Origin: an uncultured Latescibacterota bacterium
GTDB lineage: Bacteria; Latescibacterota; UBA2968
Reading direction: 5' to 3'
Assembly (NCBI GenBank): GCA_951812755.1
Contig: OX638329.1
Span: 293,339 to 357,338 of the forward strand
DNA length: 64,000 nt
Part shown: positions 47,160 to 56,290 of the stretch, piece after piece
How the letters are laid out: every line of letters begins with the position of its first letter
Numbering within the stretch: position 1 is the stretch's first letter
Program-made: the position numbers and the translations under genes
Notes under the pieces: generated by a model
Database searches by the model: none
What the model was told of the DNA's origin: nothing
Seen by the model: the letters and a program-made list of their open reading frames with translations, nothing else

Positions 47160-50100
47160 CTATTCCGCAATATCAATAATGGCGATGTTCACAACAACAC
47201 TCACCTGCCCACCCTTACCATCGCTTACGCGCACAATCGGAGAATACCAGTTCCGCTCCTCAAAATTATACGCCTCTTTCGTCGCAAGCTGTCCTGTACT
47301 CGCATCTATCGCAAAATAATCGGCATCTACTCCCCACAGACTATACGTGAGAGATTCACCATCGGCACCCGTCGCTGAGACCGGGTCGCCTATCGCCTGT
47401 CCCGATGCCGTGTTCTCCTCCACAAAGCGCAGCACAGGACGCTCTGAAGTGAAAACCGGCACATGGCTCACCACTTTGCCAAAGTGATCGACAAAGATCA
47501 GAAAATCGGGGATCCCTATCTCATTGTTAATATCCAGATCGTATCTTGCCTCATACCGATCCTGACCCACCCTTAACCCGAACACATCCACAAAGAGCAA
47601 AAAGTCCGGAATATCTACGGTCCCATTCCCATTAAAATCCGGAGAAAGTCCTGTAACCGATAAACCAGGAGAAGACCCCTGTAAGGCAACGCCGAGGAAC
47701 ATCGGTATGGTCTCAGACTGTCCCCCTTGCAACAGCTTAACACGCACCATCCGGATCTCTGTCTCTGAAAACGCATCCGTCGTGCGAAAACGCACCGTCC
47801 CTACAAGACTACTATCCTCCCTTGTTTCTCTTAACGTCATCCCAAGAGTCACAAAACCCTTGCCACCAAGCGCAGACGTACCAGATAAAACAGAACCCAT
47901 CTTAAAGCCTTCATACACCACCTGCGTCCCATCGTATTCAAAGCGCACGGAAAGATCGTTTACTGGAATAGCTTTAAGACCCTTGCCGAAAATCTGGATA
48001 GATGCACTGCCCCCATCAGGAGAAACACCGAGAAAGGACGCGAACTGCTCGCCTTCTGCATCATCCATATCCAGAGAAAAAGAAAAACCATCTTGCGAAA
48101 TGAGCGTACTGGTCTGCACCATACCCTGTTCCGACCACTCGCCATCACCCGTAGAATTGCTCGCCCGGATCTGCACCTCGTATTCGGTATCGGGACTCAG
48201 CCCCAGGATGATGACTCTTGTCCCCCTGACATCTTGTGGACCGTCGATAAACTCATCGGTGCCAACCTGTCGATAGCGCAAGTCATAGTTCGAGATGACC
48301 ACTCTGTCGCCAGTCGGCTTCTGCCAATTTACGACCATACTGGTTGCCAATGCCCTTGGCACCACAGGCGCGTCAGGTGCTGGCGGAGGGGGTGGAGGGG
48401 GTGGAGGGGGCGGCGGAGGCGGTGGTGGCAATGGTCGTGGTGTTGGTGTTGGCGTTGGCGTTGGCGTCGGTGTTGGTGTTGGTGTTGGCGTTGGCGTTGG
48501 CGTCGGTGTTGGTGTTGGTGTTGGCGTTGGTCTCACTGGCCGCGGGACACCGCTGAAGACCCAGGGACGCGCCTGCTTGATCGCCAGGATATTCGCGCTG
48601 GTGATCTTGAACTCGATCTCCATGGCGAAGGGACTGGCATTGTACAGCCCCGCGAAGTGGTTATGGATCACGTCAAGATGTTCTCTTAACTGACGCAGTT
48701 GGCCGTCGCTCATGAGGAGTTGCCCTGGCGGCACCTGGTTGGAGGTCGAAATGACGGTGTAAGGGAGAGAAAAAATATCCGGTTGCAACAGGATTTCCTC
48801 TGGCTTTGAGTGCGCCTCGGGATTGGTGACCAGGTCCTCGCCGATCTGCGTGTTGACGTAGTAGAGTCCGCTTCTGCCGGAGAAGGGGTCAAAGCTGACG
48901 GCCACGCCGTTGGCCAGTTCGTCCTGATAGCTCGGATGGACCAGGATGCCCATCGCGGCGGCCCGATGATCGATGCGATAAAAGTCGCGTTCGACGAAGG
49001 CGCGGAAGTTCCACAGGCTGGCGTACACTTCCTTGAGCGACTTGGCAAGGTCATCCGCGTCCTCGATGGGCCTCTGGCTCTTAGAGTCATAAAGCCCCGC
49101 ACCGTTGAACCCGGGCAGGTCCTCGTTGTTAGTGCTGGAACGGTAACGCCGGTTGATGCCCGCGGGGAACCCCTTATTCATCTCCACGATCGCGTCAATG
49201 ATCCACTGGGGGGTCTCCGCGTCCTCAATGGCTTTGCGTAGTTTCTTGAGCGAATCCGCCTGTGCATCGAAGTTCGTCTGGAAATCGTGATCCTTCATCA
49301 TGGTCTCAATTCGGATGTAGAACCCGTTGTGTTTCATGAACTCGTCGTAGAAATAGAACGGGATCGCAAATCCGTCGGGCACCGTCCCCGCCGGGAAACC
49401 CAGAGTCCCCAGTACCGCCACGTTGGCCGCCTTGACGCCGAATGCGTCCCAGTCCTCGAAGCCGATCTCACTGAGCGGGGTGATCGACGTGACCGAGAGG
49501 TCCCGTTGCGGGGTCTGTTTGTGGGCAGGCCGGGAAGACTCATAGTGGGCATCGACTTCCGCGGGCGTAGCGGCGCGCAGCGTGTAGCTGCCCTCGGTCA
49601 CTTCGTACCGTACGTAGCGGCCGATGAGAGGCCCAATGGTGGGATGATCGTCAAGGGCGGTGGGGATAAAGGCGTTGGGAATACCGTCCTGAATGGCGCG
49701 CAGGTTGACGTGTGACAGCGGCGTTTGGAACACGGTGGTGACGATGCCGGCGACACGGGGCAACTCGTTGGGCAGCGCCTCGTAGATCACCACGTCGCGC
49801 GGGTGGGGCCGCTCGTCCAGTCCCATAACCCGCAGCCGGCCAACCCCTTCCCCCTGGTTCAACGCCAAGAAGCCGGTTTTGGGAGAGATGTCTTCGTTGA
49901 ACACGAGGGAAACGCGGGATGCTCGCAAGAGCGGCAAAGAGGACTGGTAAGACTGAAGCTGCACGTTACCTATGTGAAGGGCCAGGTTGTCCTCGATCAG
50001 CGGCATGCTGGCGGCGAGAACTGTATAGGTGAGGGCCACCATGTTGAAGCTGAAGGAGTTATCGGCTGGGGATAGCTTGTAACGGTACATTCCCGGGCTA

Positions 50101-50786
50101 CCGTCGGGGGCGGCCTGTTCTGGATCATATTCGATATCACCCCGGACCACCCTGATGTCTATTTCGATATCTGCGGCATCCAGGAATGAGTGATGGTAGG
50201 GGTGCGTCTCGGCGTTCAGAAAGTAAACACGCGGGCGGGCGGTGTCCCTGTCGAGCAGCAGGAACTTGGTGTGCTTCCGGTAGTACGCAAGTGTCCCGAA
50301 TACTTCCTGATTCGGAAGGACCACGGCGCCGTCGTTGAGGTCGATGCTGCCGGCAGGGTTCACCGGGTTCTTGCCCACCGGGTCCCCGAGTTCAGTGACA
50401 TCGTCGATGCAATCGCCATCGACGTCGGCCGGATCGGAAATGAGATACTTCTCCACCCGGTAGCGCTCCTTCGGCAACGCCTCCACGTTCTCGGACAGCG
50501 TGGTCGAGCCTGCTTCACCCAACTTCACCAGGACCGGCAAATCCATCTCTGTGCCATTTACATCGTGCTTCACATACAGCACGAAGTACTCATCCGTCGT
50601 AGATGTGACTACGATGGGAACTGCCGTCACCCCCACCGCCACGGGCGTCGGGTTATAACCACCTCCTTCACACGGATCTGCCAATGTCCGGAACGACGGA
50701 AAGAAACCCTGTCCTTTGACCGCGGTGATGAACAAACTTATGGACAGCACCGTCGCCGCAATGAACCGTACGCTTGTTAATGACAT
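47160..50786 (-). CDS. Secreted PEP/pyruvate-binding (PPDK_N ATP-grasp) domain protein with PT/Pro linker, FN3, cohesin-like, dockerin-like EF-hands and cadherin domain
   Basis: Signal peptide; TPLSHVNL, FGVKAAN, RSSTNNEDLPGFNGAGLYDS, IKQARP; (PT)n linker; FN3; DFNGNGTVDIPDF; cadherin (VEENT...FAID...YNFE..VSDG). Confidence 0.9.
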   Translation of the reverse strand: MSLTSVRFIAATVLSISLFITAVKGQGFFPSFRTLADPCEGGGYNPTPVAVGVTAVPIVVTSTTDEYFVLYVKHDVNGTEMDLPVLVKLGEAGSTTLSENVEALPKERYRVEKYLISDPADVDGDCIDDVTELGDPVGKNPVNPAGSIDLNDGAVVLPNQEVFGTLAYYRKHTKFLLLDRDTARPRVYFLNAETHPYHHSFLDAADIEIDIRVVRGDIEYDPEQAAPDGSPGMYRYKLSPADNSFSFNMVALTYTVLAASMPLIEDNLALHIGNVQLQSYQSSLPLLRASRVSLVFNEDISPKTGFLALNQGEGVGRLRVMGLDERPHPRDVVIYEALPNELPRVAGIVTTVFQTPLSHVNLRAIQDGIPNAFIPTALDDHPTIGPLIGRYVRYEVTEGSYTLRAATPAEVDAHYESSRPAHKQTPQRDLSVTSITPLSEIGFEDWDAFGVKAANVAVLGTLGFPAGTVPDGFAIPFYFYDEFMKHNGFYIRIETMMKDHDFQTNFDAQADSLKKLRKAIEDAETPQWIIDAIVEMNKGFPAGINRRYRSSTNNEDLPGFNGAGLYDSKSQRPIEDADDLAKSLKEVYASLWNFRAFVERDFYRIDHRAAAMGILVHPSYQDELANGVAVSFDPFSGRSGLYYVNTQIGEDLVTNPEAHSKPEEILLQPDIFSLPYTVISTSNQVPPGQLLMSDGQLRQLREHLDVIHNHFAGLYNASPFAMEIEFKITSANILAIKQARPWVFSGVPRPVRPTPTPTPTPTPTPTPTPTPTPTPTPTPTPTPRPLPPPPPPPPPPPPPPPPAPDAPVVPRALATSMVVNWQKPTGDRVVISNYDLRYRQVGTDEFIDGPQDVRGTRVIILGLSPDTEYEVQIRASNSTGDGEWSEQGMVQTSTLISQDGFSFSLDMDDAEGEQFASFLGVSPDGGSASIQIFGKGLKAIPVNDLSVRFEYDGTQVVYEGFKMGSVLSGTSALGGKGFVTLGMTLRETREDSSLVGTVRFRTTDAFSETEIRMVRVKLLQGGQSETIPMFLGVALQGSSPGLSVTGLSPDFNGNGTVDIPDFLLFVDVFGLRVGQDRYEARYDLDINNEIGIPDFLIFVDHFGKVVSHVPVFTSERPVLRFVEENTASGQAIGDPVSATGADGESLTYSLWGVDADYFAIDASTGQLATKEAYNFEERNWYSPIVRVSDGKGGQVSVVVNIAIIDIAE
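48376..48531. repeat. Microsatellite encoding a (PT)n + poly-Pro linker
   Basis: tggtgt/tggcgt hexamer array followed by a GGN run. Confidence 0.9.
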
Positions 50787-51132
50787 GCCACTTCCTCTAC
50801 TTTAGATAGTTAGGCGATTTTCTTTTTTCCAGACAAGAGAATAAAGAGAGGAAAAACGTTTGTATCAGATCACAAAATAAGGATACCCCCGGCACAAGTG
50901 TGGTGACCAGCGCGTCTTTCTGCGGATTGAATCCCTATTCTTTTACGATTGGTCAGATAATACAAACATTTGTTTTAAAAATATATAGTGATAAAAACGA
51001 ATGTCAAGAGAGGCTTCTATTGCTAAACTTTAGTGAGAAATAAAAAAACAGCCCCAACGCGGCAAGGCATTGGGGTTGCGTGTGATGTAATATTGTATGC
51101 ACAGACCTCTGAAAAGTATTGCGAAATCATGC

Positions 51133-53976
51133 TCACGGAATTGGAATATTGAGATCAAACCTCTGGGCGAGCCACTGATAGTAGAAACGCTGTGCAGTGT
51201 CTTGCAGAATCTGGTCTTTCCATCCAGCGACAAGACGTTCGACCTCGGCAGTATCGCCGGCCATACACAGCGCGTAAAGATACAGGTAGCGTAGTGCCGG
51301 ATCGGCAGACTGAGCGCGCTGGTAATACTGTGCGGCAAGAGTATAGTCGCGCTCGACCAGCGCGCGCGCAGATAGATAGGGAAGATAGGGCGTTTCCGCA
51401 TCGCCCTTTTTCAAGCGGGTATCAACCGCATAGAGCAAATCGTCCTGAATCTGAAGATGCCACAGCGGGAGCGTCCGCAAATCGGTCTGCGTGAGAAGCG
51501 CGTGAAGCGTAGCGATGCGAGTGCCCTGATCATGTATTTCATCCGCCTGGGAAATTAGTGCAGCCTCGAGAAGGCGCTGTGCTTCAAAATAATCGAGCGT
51601 GCGCCTCCGCATGTCAGGAGGCCATGCATGGCGAATAAACGTGCTCTTTTCAAAACGCTCGCGGGTCAGCAGGGGATTCATCCACCGATCGTAAAATGTC
51701 CGATGGGGTTCGCGGTTGAAAAACCCCACAGAAAGGCGTTTGGGATAATTATCCACCAGCGGCGGGGTATCGCGCGTGAGCGCGTTGAGATGGTCCGCAT
51801 CAGACATAAAGAGCGCACCGAGTTGCTCGGGTTGCTCCAAACCGAGGGCGCGAAGTTCGGAACGCACGACAGGATCGCGCCACTGTCGGCTAAAAGAGAC
51901 CTCAGATGGGGAATAGGACGCATTGCGAGAGCCAGCGAGCATCCAGTTAAAACCCGCCCCAGCCCAAAGAGAGGCGTCCTCAAAAACATTGCAAAACGCG
52001 CGGATAATAGCTTTTGTATCCTCGGGCTTGAGATGGTGAACCGGGAGCCAGTACGTGCATAAGCCCCCTTCTGAGAGACGGTTGTAGATGAGCTGGAAAT
52101 ACTCCTGTGAATAGAGATTGACCACGCCGGCCTGCCTGGGCGGCGGGGGTTCACTGGTAATGAGATCGTAGCGGTTTTGCGTCGTCTGCAAAAAATAACG
52201 CCCATCGTCAATATGCACCCGCACCCGGGGATCCTGGAGCGGTTCTGTATCGGGATCGGGATAGACGATGCGATTCATCTCGAGCACATCGCGGGAAATA
52301 TCGACCACATCGATATGCTCGAGCGAGCGCGTATCCGTAAGCGCTTTGGCTGTAGAACCCACCCCAAAGCTGATCAACAGGGCATTTTTGAGATCGGGAT
52401 GAAGTGCGACGGGCCAGTACACATAGAGCTTCATATAGCGGCGATTGACCAGGCTGCTGGACGCCATCGAAAAGCCATCCGTGAGCATCTGGTACGCAAC
52501 TGGCACGCCAAAATAAGCACCTTCCAAATAGATGATCGTCTCCGTGCGCCCTTCGCGGGTACCGGCGATTTTCCATGTATCGGGATAGCCAAAGCGCCGC
52601 GCGACAAAGGTGAAGTACGCGTTCTCCATTCGGCCAAAGGGAAAAAGGATCAGAATCAAGAGATACGCGGCAAAGAGGACATAATACACCCGGTATTTCC
52701 GGCGCAGACCCGAAACGAGAAAAGCGACAACACCGTAGCAGACTGCCAGAACAAAGGTGGCGATTTCCATACCCAAAAGCGGCAACAATCCAAAACCCGC
52801 AATAAGCGCACCCAGACCAGCACCAATGGTATTGGCGAGCGTGAGCAAGCCAGCGGCCCGGGTATCGGGCTGGATGTGGCGGCTGAGCGCGGCACCGGTG
52901 AAGGTAAACAGAATACCCGAGAGAAGAGATACGGGAAACATCAGAGCCAGAGATAGCGTCAGGATTTGCGATATGTTGCCAATATACCCCGTGCCAAAAG
53001 GCGTCACCACATAGACAAAGATCAGGTAAGTGACAACGGTGAGCATCCCTGAACCGAGGGCGAGGGCGGGAAGCACGCGAAATGCCCCGGCATGGCGGCG
53101 CAACCACCGGGCGGCCAACCCACCGCCCACACCAATACCCGTGAGCACCACAGACAGCATCACGGCAAAAGCAAGCGTAGTCGCCGGCACAAAAAGGTGG
53201 AGGAAACGGAACCAGACCACCTCCAGAGCCAGAAGAACAGCCCCCGAAAGAAAAGCAGCACCCAACAAGCACCAGGTCCGGAAGGTCGGTCGCCCGTCCA
53301 ATTTTGGGGAAAGAGCCTCGCGCGAACCAGAGAAATAGCGCGCAATACCGAAAGCACCCCCAGCGGCGATGAGATCCAACAGCGCGGCGACCCATGCCGT
53401 GCCCAGAACACCGACCCATTCAATGATGACAACCTCTCCCGCAACCGCACCGACCACGGCACCCAGCGTATTACACGCATAGAGCCGACCGAGCGCGATC
53501 CCAAAACCACCTCCATCGCCAGACACAGAAGCGTCATCTCGCACGCGCAATGCCCTGACCAGAATGGGCAGCGTAGCCCCCATCGCAGTCGTCGGCACGA
53601 TGAGAACGGCAAAACTCAGCAGCAAACGCAACGCGTTGAGCAACAGGGGTTGGTCGAGAAAAGATGCGAGAAAAGCAGACAGCCCCGCGGTAAGCGCTGG
53701 CAATATCCACACAATGACCACACCCGATAGGGCAATGGCGATTTCCAACAGTGCATAGACGCGCACAGGCCGTACAATTCGCCTGCCCAAACGAGCAGAT
53801 AGACCATTGCCCAGAGCCAAACCGCCCATAAATGCGGCCAGCACCAGACTGGATGCCGTAATACTATTGCCAAATGTAAGCCCTGCCTGGCGAAACCACA
53901 GGGTTTCAAACAGCAGCGCGGCTGCGCCCGAAAGAAAGAAAACAGCGTACAGGATAGGGGATAAAATACGAGTCAT
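51133..53976 (-). CDS. Fused MFS-like membrane domain / spermidine synthase-like protein
   Basis: FFLSGAAALLFETLW repeated domain; ISFGVGST, DDGRYFL, DLITSEPPPP, NLYSQEYF. Confidence 0.85.
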   Translation of the reverse strand: MTRILSPILYAVFFLSGAAALLFETLWFRQAGLTFGNSITASSLVLAAFMGGLALGNGLSARLGRRIVRPVRVYALLEIAIALSGVVIVWILPALTAGLSAFLASFLDQPLLLNALRLLLSFAVLIVPTTAMGATLPILVRALRVRDDASVSGDGGGFGIALGRLYACNTLGAVVGAVAGEVVIIEWVGVLGTAWVAALLDLIAAGGAFGIARYFSGSREALSPKLDGRPTFRTWCLLGAAFLSGAVLLALEVVWFRFLHLFVPATTLAFAVMLSVVLTGIGVGGGLAARWLRRHAGAFRVLPALALGSGMLTVVTYLIFVYVVTPFGTGYIGNISQILTLSLALMFPVSLLSGILFTFTGAALSRHIQPDTRAAGLLTLANTIGAGLGALIAGFGLLPLLGMEIATFVLAVCYGVVAFLVSGLRRKYRVYYVLFAAYLLILILFPFGRMENAYFTFVARRFGYPDTWKIAGTREGRTETIIYLEGAYFGVPVAYQMLTDGFSMASSSLVNRRYMKLYVYWPVALHPDLKNALLISFGVGSTAKALTDTRSLEHIDVVDISRDVLEMNRIVYPDPDTEPLQDPRVRVHIDDGRYFLQTTQNRYDLITSEPPPPRQAGVVNLYSQEYFQLIYNRLSEGGLCTYWLPVHHLKPEDTKAIIRAFCNVFEDASLWAGAGFNWMLAGSRNASYSPSEVSFSRQWRDPVVRSELRALGLEQPEQLGALFMSDADHLNALTRDTPPLVDNYPKRLSVGFFNREPHRTFYDRWMNPLLTRERFEKSTFIRHAWPPDMRRRTLDYFEAQRLLEAALISQADEIHDQGTRIATLHALLTQTDLRTLPLWHLQIQDDLLYAVDTRLKKGDAETPYLPYLSARALVERDYTLAAQYYQRAQSADPALRYLYLYALCMAGDTAEVERLVAGWKDQILQDTAQRFYYQWLAQRFDLNIPIP

Positions 53977-54269
53977 GAATTTTACAATGATATTGTGATT
54001 TGTGTAGGGGACGGTCCCTGTGCCGTCCGTCAAACAACGCGTTTCCAAACATTCTGTCAAGGGCTATCCGTTCAAATGTTAGCACCAAAATATCCTTGCA
54101 CGACTTCCTATAACTGCATACCTTGATGCAAAAGCCGCGTGAACACCTCCGCGAATGATATTTCTTTTGGCACGCTCGTCCTCGACATATTTGTGTCGTG
54201 TGGTGCTGCGTGCCTTTCTCTAGTTCATCGCGGCAAAAGAGACTACCCATATCAATCTTACTTGCGATT

Positions 54270-54301
54270 GTCATTGCGGCATGGTTTTAGCCGCAATCCA
54301 G
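54270..54301. repeat. REP-like palindromic element
   Basis: gtcattgcggcatggttttagccgcaatccag. Confidence 0.78.
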
Positions 54302-54380
54302 AAGGTTTTGCTGTTCACTTCTATATGTCGCAAGACTTACGCCACGATGCACTAGTACTAATGCCATTGGAAACCCTGCT

Positions 54381-54881
54381 ATGAATAATGTGTGGGCAGT
54401 ACCCGAACCACTTTCGACATGCGAAGTCCAGCTCGACGAGGATACTGTCACCATTCTGCGCCGACATGGGAACCCCGCAGGACCCCGCCTCGTTCTGAGC
54501 CACGGCAATGGCCTCGCAAGCGATCTCTACTATCCTTTCTGGTCACTGCTCGCCGATGACTTCGACCTCATCATCTTCGACCTCAGGAACCACGGCTGGA
54601 ATACCATTGGCCCACGCGCAAATCACAATGTTCCAACGCTGGTCCGCGACCATCTCTGTATTTTTGAAGCCATTGATCAACACTACGAAAACAAACCAAA
54701 AACCGGTATATTTCACTCTGCTTCAGGACTGATAACACTCCTATCACTAACGACTATGGCAGACCTCGGGCCATCTGCCCAAAGCGGCCACTTATCCGCG
54801 ATGATACTATTCGATCCCCCCCTGTGCAAGCCCGGCAATAGCCAGATAGAATTTGATGAAGCAGCCGAATACGCAGCCTGA
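54381..54881 (+). pseudogene. Truncated alpha/beta hydrolase (SupD-like)
   Basis: SHGNG, FDLRNHG, FHSASG nucleophile elbow and LFDPP; stops at 166 aa before the catalytic His region. Confidence 0.65.
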
Positions 54882-55041
54882 GTTGAGATAGTCCGGGAAT
54901 TTCTCGAGAGTAGCCACCTGCTGTAAAATCCATGCAAACAGGAAAAATTGTAGGGGTGGCGTCCCCGTATAAAAGCATTACGGGGCAGGCCCCGTGCCCG
55001 CCCGTCCTGGAAAAACCCGTCCGAACATGGAGGATTAAATC

Positions 55042-56273
55042 ATGAAACCGGACAAATCTTTCGGTCCTTCCGTATCAGATGTCGGCCATCTGGAGTCGGC
55101 AGCGGGCGTGGCCGGGTTAATCAAAGCAGCACTGGTACTGAAGCGGGGTGTGATTCCAAAGCACCTCCATTTCCAGAATCCCAACCCGAGTCTCGACTGG
55201 GACCGTCTGCCATTACAGGTGACATCGTCGATGATGGACTTGCCGCACCGTCCCGGGCGGCCACGACTCGCGGGGGTGAACTCCTTCGGAATATCCGGGA
55301 CAAACGCCCACATTGTGTTGGAAGAATACCGCGCCCCGGACGGTACGTCCGTTGGCTCTGGAAAATCGGTGACGATTTCGCTGCCGGCGACCATTGGGGA
55401 TCTACCGCTGCCGGAGCAAGAGGTCCAGCCGCGCCAGACCCGTCTCCTTCCGCTGTCGGGAAAATCCGATGGAGCACTTCGGGACCTGGGGAGGCGATAC
55501 TTGCGGACATGACGTGGACAGCAGGTGTGGGTCGGAGCCATTTTGCACACCGGGCAGGCGTCGTATTCAGCGATGCTTCGTCGCTGCGCGAAGGCCTGCG
55601 CGCACTTGCAGAGAACGGCATGGGACCTGCATCGCAAACACCCTCCAAAGTGGCGTTCGCCTACACCGGACAGGGAAGTCAGTGGGTCGGCATGGGACAA
55701 GTGCTCTACGAGAGCGAGCCAGTGGCGCGGGCGGTTCTGGACCGCTGTGAAGCGGTCCTTCTTCGGGAAAGAGGGACCTCGCTGCTGGACGTGATGTTCG
55801 GGAGGTCCGGAGAAGACCTTGGCGACACGGCATGGGAGCAGCCAGCCCTCTATGCGCTGGGTTGCACACTGACAGCGCTCTGGTCAAGCGTCGGCATCTG
55901 CCCCGACGTAGTCGTCGGACACAGCATTGGGGAACTCGCCGCGGCGCAGGCGGCAGGCGTATTCAGTCTCGAGGATGGAATGCGGTTCGCCGCCTTACGG
56001 GGCGCGCTGATGTCGCAGATGGAAGAGGGCGGCATGGCTGCGGTCTTCGCACTGGCCGAGCGCGTGGCATCAGCGGTGGAGGAGGTGAACGCGGCCTCCA
56101 CCGACGCTGGGCTGAGCATCTCGGGGTACAACGGTAACCACCAGGTGGTCAGCGGCCCGATTGCGGGAATTGAAGCGATTTCAAAGCGATTCGACCTGGA
56201 GGGCGTGCGGGTCAGGCAGCTCCCGCTCACCCTCCCAAAATCAGTGTTGCCATTCGTCTATTCGTCTGTCTAA
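55042..56273 (+). pseudogene. Type I PKS fragment (C-terminal KS + KS-AT linker + partial AT), SupA-like, frameshifted
   Basis: VGHLESAAGVAG, AGVNSFGISGTNAH, FAYTGQGSQWVGMG, GHSIGE. The KS N-terminus with the catalytic Cys is absent, there is a deletion/frameshift near 55500, and the AT is truncated. Confidence 0.85.
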
Positions 56274-56290
56274 ATCCAAAGAGGAATATT

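Noticed and set aside
55042..56273. Functional PKS or programmed frameshift
   Set aside because: The KS catalytic Cys region is missing, linker residues are deleted, the AT is truncated and there is no ACP.
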